64,000 nucleotides of DNA from an uncultured Fibrobacteria bacterium (GTDB taxonomy: Bacteria > Fibrobacterota > Fibrobacteria > UBA11236), in assembly GCA_963716395.1 (NCBI GenBank), contig OY970309.1:2688001-2752000 (forward strand). The letters run 5' to 3'. The position numbers were made by a program, and so were the translations under genes. This document shows, piece after piece, positions 18,485 to 27,244 of this stretch. The notes beneath the pieces were generated by a model. It made no database searches. It was not told where the DNA came from and was given only the letters and a program-made list of their open reading frames with translations. Numbering within the stretch: position 1 is the stretch's first letter; the number at the start of each line of letters is the position of its first letter.

Positions 18485-19414
18485 CTAGTGGGAAAGCACC
18501 GGCTGATATTGCCGAAAAGCGACGTTCTGCACCAAACCCTCGCTGTTTTCGACGAATACTATGAGGGCGTAATTCACGGGATTTTCCACGGGCGACGAAC
18601 CCACTTGTTTCGCCGCTTCGGGGGCGATGGATAAAGACACGAAAAAGGTTTTGGCGGTCAAAGGCAAGAGCGCGTTTAAAGTCATGGCTTGGCCGCCTGA
18701 ATCCACCTTGGTGGTTTGGGCCACAATCACTTCCCAGGGCTGCGCGTAAATGGGAATGAATGCCGGCAGATTTTTTACCGCCAGGGCCGAAAAAACCAAA
18801 ACCCCGGACGTGTCGCGGCTGCGATTCGCAACCGTAAAGCTGAAGTTCAATGCCTGCGTCGCGCTGTCGTATACTGCACCGGCGGTGTCGATGCGCAGAG
18901 CGAGATAGGTGAGGCTATCCTGCGTTTTCAGCCGCGCGATCAAGCTGTCGTATTGGCCCTGGTTGTAATTCACGTCGACTTCGGGAATGCCGAAGGGGGC
19001 GTTCGACCCGTCGAGCGTGACTTGCGGCAGGCTGTTGGCGAAGGATTGGTCATAGCGCGCCTGGGTGGCCGGCGTCACCCACGGGTCGTTGATGGATCCG
19101 AATTTCACGTGATAATTCACCACGACCAGATGCGGGTTGTAGCCCGCGAAGTTCAACCCCGGGTAAATGTAGGGCGCCAGTTTGGCTTCGGCGTCGGGAC
19201 AGGATACGCATCCGAAAGATCCGAAGGATTCGAGAATGTGGTTGCGCGCCACCGGCGTGTTGTCCGAATCCGGCAGCACCGCCAGGGTCGAATCGCGTCG
19301 GGCGGGATCGAATTCGGTGCGCGGATCGTTGATGATCTGGCAGCCGGCCAGCGCTCCGGCGAGCGCGCAGGCAAGACGCGCAACGCGCGCCCGATTCAAA
19401 AATGCGCGTCCCAT
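18485..19414 (-). CDS. Omp28-like lipoprotein with CxxC
   Basis: Lipobox LAGC; ILESFGSFGCVSCP; VVVNYH; ends NYALIVFVEN...VQNV. Confidence 0.7.
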   Translation of the reverse strand: MGRAFLNRARVARLACALAGALAGCQIINDPRTEFDPARRDSTLAVLPDSDNTPVARNHILESFGSFGCVSCPDAEAKLAPYIYPGLNFAGYNPHLVVVNYHVKFGSINDPWVTPATQARYDQSFANSLPQVTLDGSNAPFGIPEVDVNYNQGQYDSLIARLKTQDSLTYLALRIDTAGAVYDSATQALNFSFTVANRSRDTSGVLVFSALAVKNLPAFIPIYAQPWEVIVAQTTKVDSGGQAMTLNALLPLTAKTFFVSLSIAPEAAKQVGSSPVENPVNYALIVFVENSEGLVQNVAFRQYQPVLSH

Positions 19415-21531
19415 ATCAACTCCGCGCCATCAAAGGCGGGTTCGAGCCGGCACATGCCGCCTGAGCAAACGACCTCTTGCTGGCGTTGGCCGAACCACAG
19501 CGAGATTTGGTTGTTCGGCACCAGCGAGCAGGTGGCATATGCCGAGGCCCAACTGCGCGTGATGCCCGGCGGACGCAAGGCGAAGGAACTCGAATCCTGC
19601 TGCCATTTGGAAGTCGTGCCCTCGTAATCCAAGGTGAAGGTCCAGGCGGAATTACGCACCAGTGTAACCGAGATCACGCCTTGCCAGGGCGCCGCATAAT
19701 CGTAAACCGGTCCGACCGCCCCCAGTTGCCCCAACGCCGCATCGGGGGGCAGCAAGCTCAGCAAATCGGTGGGGCGGCGCTGCACTTCGGCCTCGCCCTG
19801 CCAACTCCAGGGGCCGCGCAAAGGCGCAGAGGTGGAGACTCCCAGGGTCAGGGCGTTGAGATCTTCGAAGGACCCTTCCTGGAATTCGCGTTGCCGCATC
19901 CAGTCCAATTCCACCTGCAGGTGCCGGCGATCCGAGGGGGAGAATTGCCAGGTTTGATCCAAATCCCAATAGGGCAGGTCGACATGGTAGATGAGCAACG
20001 ACGGATTGCGCTCGGGCCGCGACAGGATGTCAGAAAGATCCGCGGCGTAGGTGTTGCCCGCGTCGAAATGCCAGGCGCCGCGCACGGCCGCGCCCTGTTC
20101 GCCCTGGTTGTTGGGAAACAAGGCGTCGCGCTCCATCAGGCGAAAGGTATGGTATTGCACCAGGCTGGGCGGATCGGCGAAGCCGAGATCATAGTTGTAA
20201 TAGTCTTTGGCTTCGGCCGCCAACTCCAACCGGCCCAGGTTTTCCGAGAGCGACGCGTAAGCCGCATGGCCGTCGTAGGCGTAGGGATAGTTGAATTGGT
20301 CTCGCCCGGTCAGACCCACATAGGCGAGATACAGCGCGGTCGGGCCCGAAGACCATTCCACGTCGCCGCCGCCGACCTTGGCATGCCAACTCGGGCGAAA
20401 GGCTTCGAGGTATTGCGCGCCCACCGTGAGTCCGGTCCGGGGCTGCCACGAACCGGCCGCGCCCTGGATGTAGGTATTGCGCAGCGAATCCTCTTCGGCA
20501 TCCAGCGTGTACAGATCGGTGAAGCTGGCGAAGGTGTTGCCGCCCAGTATCGCGATCTGTCCCCGGCCGAGCCCCTGGCCGGGCTGCCCGCCTTGCAGCG
20601 AAGCCGTGACGCCTTTCACGTCTTTATCGATGCGGGCCTGGCGGTCTTCGAAGGCATGCAGCACCAGACCGCGGTTCAAGGTGCCGTAGAAGTTACCCGC
20701 GGTGATGTCGGCGTCGTCGCCGGTATAGGCGAAGGTTTGCTTGACCACGCGGCCGGTGGGGTTCAGGATCAGGTTGTCGTACGATCCCGGCACTTCGCGC
20801 AGGTATTGGTAGGTGCGGAAGCGCGCCTGATACGAAAGACGCGCGTCGGCCAGACGGAAGTCGAACCAGTCTTCCAGCCAGGTGTTGGAGTTGGGAATTT
20901 CCGGGCCGGCTTGGCCGTCGTTGGCGCGCAGGAAATTGGAACCGGAAAGGCTCAAGTCGCGCAGTGGTCCGGCGGCGCCCGAAGCGGCCGCCGATTTTGC
21001 GGCGGCCGCGGTATCGGAGAGCAGGGATGGCAGCTTGGACTCCAGCGCATCGATGTCGCCGGGCTCAAAGCCTTCGTGGCGGTAGACGATATTACCGCCT
21101 CGGTCGATGACCAGGCTGGTGGGCAGCACTGACACCCCGTACAAGCGCACGGCCTGCTGATCCGGATCGAGCAACACGGGGAAGGAAAATCCCCGGCCGC
21201 GCGCCAAGGCGCGCACGCGCGCCGCGGTTTGCGGTTGATCCATGGAGATCGCGATCACCTGCACACCGTGATCGCGGTATCGGTCTTGCAGCTTTTGCAA
21301 GGCGTCCAATTCGGAAAGGCAAGGGATGCAATAGGTGGCCCAGAAATCCAGCACGATCACGTCGCGGCCCAAATCGTCTTGCAAAGCAAAGGCGCGGCCC
21401 TCGGTATCTTGCAGGCGAAAGGTCGGGGCCCGCGTCGCCGCCGTTGCACCGAGCGCCAATCCCAGCACCAAGCGGAAGAGCCAGGGAATTCTCGCTGGAA
21501 ATCGTCGCGACGGCCGGCGCAAGTGTGTCAT
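19396..21531 (-). CDS. TlpA-like thioredoxin fused to DUF6029-like outer-membrane beta-barrel
   Basis: LDFWATYCIPC domain; amphipathic beta-strands with GNFYGTLNRGLVL; ends GQRQQEVVCSGGMCRLEPAFDG...F. Confidence 0.75.
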   Translation of the reverse strand: MTHLRRPSRRFPARIPWLFRLVLGLALGATAATRAPTFRLQDTEGRAFALQDDLGRDVIVLDFWATYCIPCLSELDALQKLQDRYRDHGVQVIAISMDQPQTAARVRALARGRGFSFPVLLDPDQQAVRLYGVSVLPTSLVIDRGGNIVYRHEGFEPGDIDALESKLPSLLSDTAAAAKSAAASGAAGPLRDLSLSGSNFLRANDGQAGPEIPNSNTWLEDWFDFRLADARLSYQARFRTYQYLREVPGSYDNLILNPTGRVVKQTFAYTGDDADITAGNFYGTLNRGLVLHAFEDRQARIDKDVKGVTASLQGGQPGQGLGRGQIAILGGNTFASFTDLYTLDAEEDSLRNTYIQGAAGSWQPRTGLTVGAQYLEAFRPSWHAKVGGGDVEWSSGPTALYLAYVGLTGRDQFNYPYAYDGHAAYASLSENLGRLELAAEAKDYYNYDLGFADPPSLVQYHTFRLMERDALFPNNQGEQGAAVRGAWHFDAGNTYAADLSDILSRPERNPSLLIYHVDLPYWDLDQTWQFSPSDRRHLQVELDWMRQREFQEGSFEDLNALTLGVSTSAPLRGPWSWQGEAEVQRRPTDLLSLLPPDAALGQLGAVGPVYDYAAPWQGVISVTLVRNSAWTFTLDYEGTTSKWQQDSSSFALRPPGITRSWASAYATCSLVPNNQISLWFGQRQQEVVCSGGMCRLEPAFDGAELIWDAHF

Positions 21532-21562
21532 GCTGGGATTTGGGGTTCACCCAAAGGGGGAT

Positions 21563-21637
21563 TGGTTGGGGCGGCAGGATTCGAACCTGCGAATGGCGGC
21601 TCCAAAAACCGCAGTCTTACCACTTGACGACGCCCCA
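21563..21637 (-). tRNA. tRNA-Gln (TTG)
   Basis: TGGGGCGTCGTCAAGTGGTAAGAC-TGCGGT-TTTTGGA-GCCGC...GGTTCGAATCC...CCCCAACCA; cloverleaf with encoded CCA. Confidence 0.97.
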
Positions 21638-21720
21638 GCGCAAAACCGGTGGCAAACTGCCGGTGGGCAAATTGCCGGCTGGCAAATTTAATTGAACGAC
21701 AGGCAATCGACAGCCCGGCA

Positions 21721-22602
21721 TTAATCAGTGGCGAAAAAATCACGCGGAGCGATGAAGCGGGTCAAGACCGCGAAGCGGCATTGCGGCTGCACCGCGGCCA
21801 GGCAGGCTTGCGCCGCCGGTTCCTCCCGAAACAAGGCGAACAAGCTGGCGCCGCTGCCCGTGAGCAGGGTTTTCTCCGGCCCATGCCGGTTCAGCGCCTG
21901 GCGCACCGTCGCGATTTCCGGGTAATGCTCCATCACGATGGCTTCGAAATCGTTGTGCAGCTTGGAATAGAAGGACGGACTGAGCGCTTGCGCCGCATAG
22001 GCCGACTGGAAATCCGGCCAGCGTTGTCCAAAACCGCGGCCTTGAAAACGGCCGTAGGCCCAGGCGGTATCGACGTGGCAAGCCGGCGTGGCCACTACGA
22101 TGTAGAAGGGAAACGGCGCGGGAGCCCGGCGCAGAATTTCTCCGCGGCCCTCGGCCAAGGCGAAGGGTTCGAAGAGGAAAAAAGGCACATCCGAACCCAA
22201 GGCGGCGGCGCAATCCAGCAATTCGGCCGAGGTCAAGTGCATTTTCCACAACGCATTGGCCAGGCGCAGGGCGGATGCAGCGTCGGAACTGCCGCCGCCC
22301 AAGCCCGCGCCCAGAGGAATGCGCTTTTCCAAAGTGAACCGCAGACCCGCTCCGGCGCGGCCGGGGTAGCGGGTTTGCAGCAGACGCGCCGCTTTGTGAA
22401 TCAGGTTCTGCTCCGCCGGTCCGGGGATGGCTTCGCAGCCGGTAACTTCAAGGCCATGCCAGGGTTCAGCCCGCAAGGTGTCGCCGAAATCCAAGGCGGC
22501 GAACAGGGTGCCTAATTCGTGATATTCGTCCGCGCGTTTTCCCCGGATTTCCAGAAAAAGGTTCAGCTTGGCGGGGCAGCGCAGGGTTTTAACTTCTTTC
22601 AT
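21721..22602 (-). CDS. ispE: 4-diphosphocytidyl-2C-methyl-D-erythritol kinase
   Basis: PAKLNLFL, KRIPLGAGLGGGSSDAA, LGSDVPFF, LTGSG. Confidence 0.96.
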   Translation of the reverse strand: MKEVKTLRCPAKLNLFLEIRGKRADEYHELGTLFAALDFGDTLRAEPWHGLEVTGCEAIPGPAEQNLIHKAARLLQTRYPGRAGAGLRFTLEKRIPLGAGLGGGSSDAASALRLANALWKMHLTSAELLDCAAALGSDVPFFLFEPFALAEGRGEILRRAPAPFPFYIVVATPACHVDTAWAYGRFQGRGFGQRWPDFQSAYAAQALSPSFYSKLHNDFEAIVMEHYPEIATVRQALNRHGPEKTLLTGSGASLFALFREEPAAQACLAAVQPQCRFAVLTRFIAPRDFFATD

Positions 22603-22780
22603 GCCATGCGATGAGATTAAAATGACACCTGATTCCGTCGCGCAAAGGCTTGGATGTTAATAATTTAACCCTCTTCGGGACGCCGGCCGACGCGAGGGCC
22701 GTAGCATCGACGTTCGGCCTGGGGCCGGGCGGCACCATCCCGGAGGCATTGGTCGCGCAACTTCCTCCCAAACGGAAACC

Positions 22781-23716
22781 ATGGAAAGTCGACATCTTCT
22801 CACCTTGGCGGAGCAATCCTCGGAATCGGTGGAAACTTTGGTGCGCGATGCCGAGCGCCTGCGGGTCGAATTCAAGCGCTTCGGCGCCTCCGACGCGCTC
22901 AAGGGCCGCACGGCCGCGCTGTTTTTCGAAAAGCCCAGCCTGCGCACCAAGGCCACCTTCGAAGTGGCTCTGGCCCAAACCGGCGGCACGGCCGTGGTGC
23001 TCGACCCGGAATCGGTGTCGTTGGGCAAGCGCGAATCGGTGCACGATGCGGCCAAAAGCCTGTCGCGCTGGGTCGATTGCATCGTGGCCCGCACGTTTTC
23101 GCAACATCTGGTGGAGGACCTCGCGCGTCATGCCACGGTGCCCGTCATCAACGCTTTGACCGATGCCGAGCATCCCTGCCAGGCGCTGGCTTTCGGCGAA
23201 ATGCTGCTGGAAAAACGCGGTGCGTTGCGCGGGGCTAAAATCGCCTTTATCGGCGACGGCAACAATGTGGCCAATAGCCTGGCGGCTCTGGCGGGTCATT
23301 GCGGCATGCACTTCACCTTGGCGTGCCCGCAGGGCTTCGAACAGCCGCCGGCACTGGTGAGCAAGGTCGAAGCGTTGTGCCGCAAATCCGGCGGCGGCTA
23401 CCGCCAGGTGCGCGATCCCGGCGAGGCAGTGCGCGACGCCGACGTGATCTACACCGACGTGTGGATCAGCATGGGCGAAGAGCGGCAGGCGGCGGAGAAG
23501 AAACGCCGCTTTCACGGCTATCAGGTGAACGCCGATCTGTTGGCGCAGGCGCCCGAGCATTGCCTGGTCACGCATTGCCTGCCCGCGCATCTGGGCGAAG
23601 AAATCACCGCCGAGGTGATGGATTCGCCGCGTTGTGTGTGTTTTGACGAGGCCGAAAACCGGCTGCATGCGCAAAAGGCGGTGCTATTGCACTTGATCCA
23701 CCCCGGCAAAGTTTAG
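22781..23716 (+). CDS. argF: Ornithine carbamoyltransferase
   Basis: FEKPSLRT, HPCQ, GDGNNVA, TDVWISMG, HCLP, EAENRLH. Confidence 0.95.
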   Translation: MESRHLLTLAEQSSESVETLVRDAERLRVEFKRFGASDALKGRTAALFFEKPSLRTKATFEVALAQTGGTAVVLDPESVSLGKRESVHDAAKSLSRWVDCIVARTFSQHLVEDLARHATVPVINALTDAEHPCQALAFGEMLLEKRGALRGAKIAFIGDGNNVANSLAALAGHCGMHFTLACPQGFEQPPALVSKVEALCRKSGGGYRQVRDPGEAVRDADVIYTDVWISMGEERQAAEKKRRFHGYQVNADLLAQAPEHCLVTHCLPAHLGEEITAEVMDSPRCVCFDEAENRLHAQKAVLLHLIHPGKV

Positions 23717-23724
23717 GAGACGGC

Positions 23725-24504
23725 ATGCTTCCCCGAGCCCCGTTTGGAATTGAAGCCTTGGATGCCATGCTGGGCGGCGGCGTGGTGCGCGGCAGCGCCA
23801 CAGTGATCGAAGGCGCTCCCGGCACTGGCAAGACCACCTTGGGCCTGCAATTCATCGTGAGCGGCATCGAGCAATTCGGCGAACCGGGATTGGTGATCAC
23901 CTTTGAGGAATTTCCTGCGCAATACTATCACGACGCCCTGAATTTCGGCTGGGACCTCAAGAAGTACGAGGGCCAGGGCTTGCTGCGCGTCATCTTCACC
24001 GATCCCCGCACGGTGCTTGACGGCCTCACCGAAGTGGGCGGCGGCATCGAAAATCTGATCGACGAAATGGGCATCAAGCGCTGCCTCGTCGATTCACTCA
24101 CCCATTTCGAATACGCGGTGGGGGAAGACGAAGATTTGCGCGAGGTGGAAAACGACTTCATCGCCGCCTTGAAGCGCGAAGGCGTCACCGCCATGCTGCT
24201 GCGCGAGAACAGCAATCTCCTGGGCGGCACGCACAGCCTGTCGCAGGCGCCCTTCATCGCCGACAACTATATCATTTTGCGTTACGTCGAGATCGACAGC
24301 GCGATATCCAAGGCCATCCTGGTGCTCAAAATGCGCGGCAGCCAGCATGATAAGGCCATCCATCAATTCGCCATCACCGATCGCGGTATCGAAATCCTGG
24401 GGAAATTTTTGGGACGCCAAGGCGTGATGAGCGGTTCGCCGATCAAAACCGACGCCGAAGCTTTCGTCGAGGTGTTTTCGGGGCTGGCCAAACGCAAGAA
24501 GTGA
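23725..24504 (+). CDS. Single-domain KaiC/RAD55-like ATPase
   Basis: GIEALDAMLGGG, GAPGTGKT, ITFEE, LVDSLT, LKMRGS. Confidence 0.9.
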   Translation: MLPRAPFGIEALDAMLGGGVVRGSATVIEGAPGTGKTTLGLQFIVSGIEQFGEPGLVITFEEFPAQYYHDALNFGWDLKKYEGQGLLRVIFTDPRTVLDGLTEVGGGIENLIDEMGIKRCLVDSLTHFEYAVGEDEDLREVENDFIAALKREGVTAMLLRENSNLLGGTHSLSQAPFIADNYIILRYVEIDSAISKAILVLKMRGSQHDKAIHQFAITDRGIEILGKFLGRQGVMSGSPIKTDAEAFVEVFSGLAKRKK

Positions 24505-24511
24505 GCCCGGC

Positions 24512-24790
24512 ATGTGGTTGAACCTGGGCGTCGTGCTGACCGCGGTTTTTTTCGGGGTGATCGGTTTTTACCTGACCCTAATCGCGAAATTCTACCGCCT
24601 GAAATTCCAACGCGGCCCGAGCGCCGGATGGATGCAAACCTTTCTAGTAATTTTGCTGTTGGGACTGCTGCTTAAGATGCACGCACTGGAGTTTCTGCCG
24701 ATGTGGCTGTCAGCGGTGCTGCGTTGCACCGGCGGCATCGGCTTCTCGGTGTTGGCCTACCTCCTGTACCGGGCCATGATGGCCGTGTGA
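24512..24790 (+). CDS. Small 3-TM membrane protein
   Basis: 92 aa; three hydrophobic segments with a basic loop after TM1; tightly packed in operon. Confidence 0.75.
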   Translation: MWLNLGVVLTAVFFGVIGFYLTLIAKFYRLKFQRGPSAGWMQTFLVILLLGLLLKMHALEFLPMWLSAVLRCTGGIGFSVLAYLLYRAMMAV

Positions 24791-24800
24791 AGATTCCGGT

Positions 24801-25100
24801 ATGATCTCTCTCCACGTATTTCCTTTATTCGTGACCCACCTCACCTATTTTACCGTACTTCTGGTGCTGGCCTCCATCAGCCGGATTTTCGGATCGGCCA
24901 AGAAAAAGAAGCCTCTGTACCGGATTTTCTTTTACGCCACCATGCTGCTGGTGGCGGCATTGGCCGTGGCCGTCATCGGATTCGACGAACCCGATCTGCA
25001 GGCCTATGCCGTGGGCCTCGACGTGGCCGGGCTGCTGCTCGGGGCCGTGGTCACGTATTTCTATTGGGAATGGCTGCCGCGGGAACTTTTCAAGGAGTGA
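24801..25100 (+). CDS. Small 3-TM membrane protein
   Basis: 99 aa; TM-SRIFGSAKKKKPLYR-TM-TM-YWEWL. Confidence 0.75.
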   Translation: MISLHVFPLFVTHLTYFTVLLVLASISRIFGSAKKKKPLYRIFFYATMLLVAALAVAVIGFDEPDLQAYAVGLDVAGLLLGAVVTYFYWEWLPRELFKE

Positions 25101-25103
25101 ACC

Positions 25104-25484
25104 ATGGCGCATGTAATGGTGGTCGACGACGAACAAGACATTGCGGATTTGGTGCGTCTGGTGCTGGAATTGGGCCGGCACCGGGTTACGGTGGTGAATG
25201 ATCCCGAACGGGCCGTGGCCGAAGCGCTGCAAGCGCAACCCGATTTGATTCTGCTCGATGTGGTCATGCCGCGCATGGACGGCTTCGACGTGTACCGGGA
25301 GATCAAGGGCCAAACGGCGCTGGAGAAAACCCCCATCGCGTTTTTGACCAGCAACAACCGTTCGGTCGACGTCATGGTGGGATTGCACGTGATGAAGGCC
25401 GAAGACTATATCACCAAGCCCTTCGGCAAACAGGATTTGCTCGATCGCGTCAACGCCCTCTTGAAAAAATACGGCGTGGAGTAA
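25104..25484 (+). CDS. Stand-alone response regulator (receiver only)
   Basis: VVDDE, PDLILLDVVMP, FLTS, YITKPF; RBS AAGGAG. Confidence 0.93.
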   Translation: MAHVMVVDDEQDIADLVRLVLELGRHRVTVVNDPERAVAEALQAQPDLILLDVVMPRMDGFDVYREIKGQTALEKTPIAFLTSNNRSVDVMVGLHVMKAEDYITKPFGKQDLLDRVNALLKKYGVE

Positions 25485-25508
25485 TCCGGCCGCTGCGGGC
25501 CGGCCGCG

Positions 25509-26168
25509 CTACCAGCCGTCGCTGTCGGCGGTGGCCGATTCCTGCTTCTGTTCGGCCAACTCTTCTTGCCGGTGCAGGGCGGCCTGGTACTCGGCGTTGC
25601 GCGGCGTTTTGCCGCGGAAGTGATCGAGAATGGCGGCCAGCTTTTCCTCGGAAAAGGTCAGCTTCATCTGCTTGGTGATTTTGCCCTTGTAGCCCCAATT
25701 CTTCATCAGCGGCTCGGTCAATTCGAACGCGTCTTCGGGCGCATAGAAGTGCATCTCTTCCGACTGAAAGGCGTAGCAGGCGTCCATGTTCATGCATTCC
25801 GGCGGCGTGCCCGCGTTTTGCTCCATCCAACGGTGCACGTGGCGCTTGCGCACTTCCATCACCTTGTCGAGTCGCATCAGCCCGATGATGAGAAAGCGAC
25901 CGCGCAACTCTTCGCGCAACCCCTGGTAGCGCGTACCGAAGAGAAAATATCGGCGCCGGGCCTTCAGTGCCGCGGCGCGTGAGCGCGCTTCCAGGCATTG
26001 GATGAATCCGAAGGTGCCGGTTTCGTAATTGGGCTCCAGCATGGCCTCGCCGCGGGCGCCGGCGATTTCGCGCACCGGCAACTCCTGTGACCGCGCGGTG
26101 GTCAGGTGGATCAATACGCCTTCTTCCTTGCCGCGGTAATCCTGCCAATTACTCAAGTTCATCATCAT
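25509..26168 (-). CDS. Conserved-looking hypothetical protein
   Basis: Strong GAGGAGG RBS, typical codon usage; EPNYETGTFG...C motif. Confidence 0.75.
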   Translation of the reverse strand: MMMNLSNWQDYRGKEEGVLIHLTTARSQELPVREIAGARGEAMLEPNYETGTFGFIQCLEARSRAAALKARRRYFLFGTRYQGLREELRGRFLIIGLMRLDKVMEVRKRHVHRWMEQNAGTPPECMNMDACYAFQSEEMHFYAPEDAFELTEPLMKNWGYKGKITKQMKLTFSEEKLAAILDHFRGKTPRNAEYQAALHRQEELAEQKQESATADSDGW

Positions 26169-26395
26169 GGCCTCCTCGCCGATGGGCCGCGCCCTGCGTC
26201 GGGCGGTTGCGGCCGCGTACGCTTTGCGCTTCGCTTGGGATTAAGAGATCGCCGCTAGAGGGGCGAAGAACGCTCGCGACGGTCGCAACCCGGCGCGCAG
26301 TCCGCTGCATCCGGAAAAGCAGCCCGAAGACGGGCTCCCGAAAGTACGGATTCTTCCCTCATGAGAAGGTCAATATAAAAAGCGGCGGAATTCGA

Positions 26396-27208
26396 TCAAA
26401 TTTCCACGCGCTGCGCCCGCACCGCGCGTCCCAAAAACAGCGAAGCCAGGCGATCAAAACCTTCGGTGCGATCGGTGGTGAGAAACCGTTCTTCGCCGTG
26501 TTGCGTCAGGCGCGATGCGATTTCGGGGTGGCGCCGCAAATAGTCGCCCAGGCTCGGGGCCACGAGATCGCCTTGCAGCAGGATGCGCGTGGCTTCGGGC
26601 ACCCGCCGCCGCAAGGCGGGCAGCAGCAGGGGATAATGCGTGCAGGCGAGCAGCAAGGCCTCGCTGCCGGGGCTTTGCGCCGCGGTTTCCCGCCAGTACT
26701 GGTCGAGAAAAAAGTCGAGGCCCGCTCCTGCTAATTCACCCGCCTCCACCAGCGGCACGAGCAACGGGCAGGCGATTTGCGTCAGGTGCAGGCTGGGGGC
26801 GAGTTTGGCGAGTTCCAGCGCATAGCTTTGCGAGCGCACTGTGGCAGCGGTGGCCCACAAGGCCACGCGGCTGCCGGCCGGGAGGCGCGCCAAGGCTTCG
26901 GCCGAGGGACGGACGATGCCCAGCACGCGCCGGTCGGGATAGTGCCCCGGCAGCCAGCGCTGCTGCAAGGTGCGCAGGGCCGTGGCCGAAGCGGTGTTGC
27001 AGGCGATGACGATGAGGCCGCAATCTTGCGCGAACAGGTGCGCCACGCCTTCGGTGGTGAAGCGCAAAACGGCTTCGAAAGAGCGGCTGCCGTACGGTGT
27101 GCGGGCATTGTCTCCCAGGTACAGATAGTCGTAACCGGGCAGGTGCGCGCGCACGGCGCGGTACACGGTGAGCCCGCCCAAGCCCGAATCGAAGATGCCG
27201 ATGCGCAT
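26396..27208 (-). CDS. murI: Glutamate racemase
   Basis: IGIFDSGLGG, PYGSR, IACNTAS, LACTHYP; ATG at 27208. Confidence 0.95.
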   Translation of the reverse strand: MRIGIFDSGLGGLTVYRAVRAHLPGYDYLYLGDNARTPYGSRSFEAVLRFTTEGVAHLFAQDCGLIVIACNTASATALRTLQQRWLPGHYPDRRVLGIVRPSAEALARLPAGSRVALWATAATVRSQSYALELAKLAPSLHLTQIACPLLVPLVEAGELAGAGLDFFLDQYWRETAAQSPGSEALLLACTHYPLLLPALRRRVPEATRILLQGDLVAPSLGDYLRRHPEIASRLTQHGEERFLTTDRTEGFDRLASLFLGRAVRAQRVEI

Positions 27209-27244
27209 TTTTCCCTGCCTTAGAGTTGCCTCAAAAGATGCTTT

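Noticed and set aside
16260-21563. tRNA-Gln-anchored island with att duplication
   Set aside because: No second copy of the tRNA 3' end and no integrase found.
26169-26395. c-di-GMP or c-di-AMP riboswitch
   Set aside because: Only short fragments resemble the consensus, and they lie on inconsistent strands.
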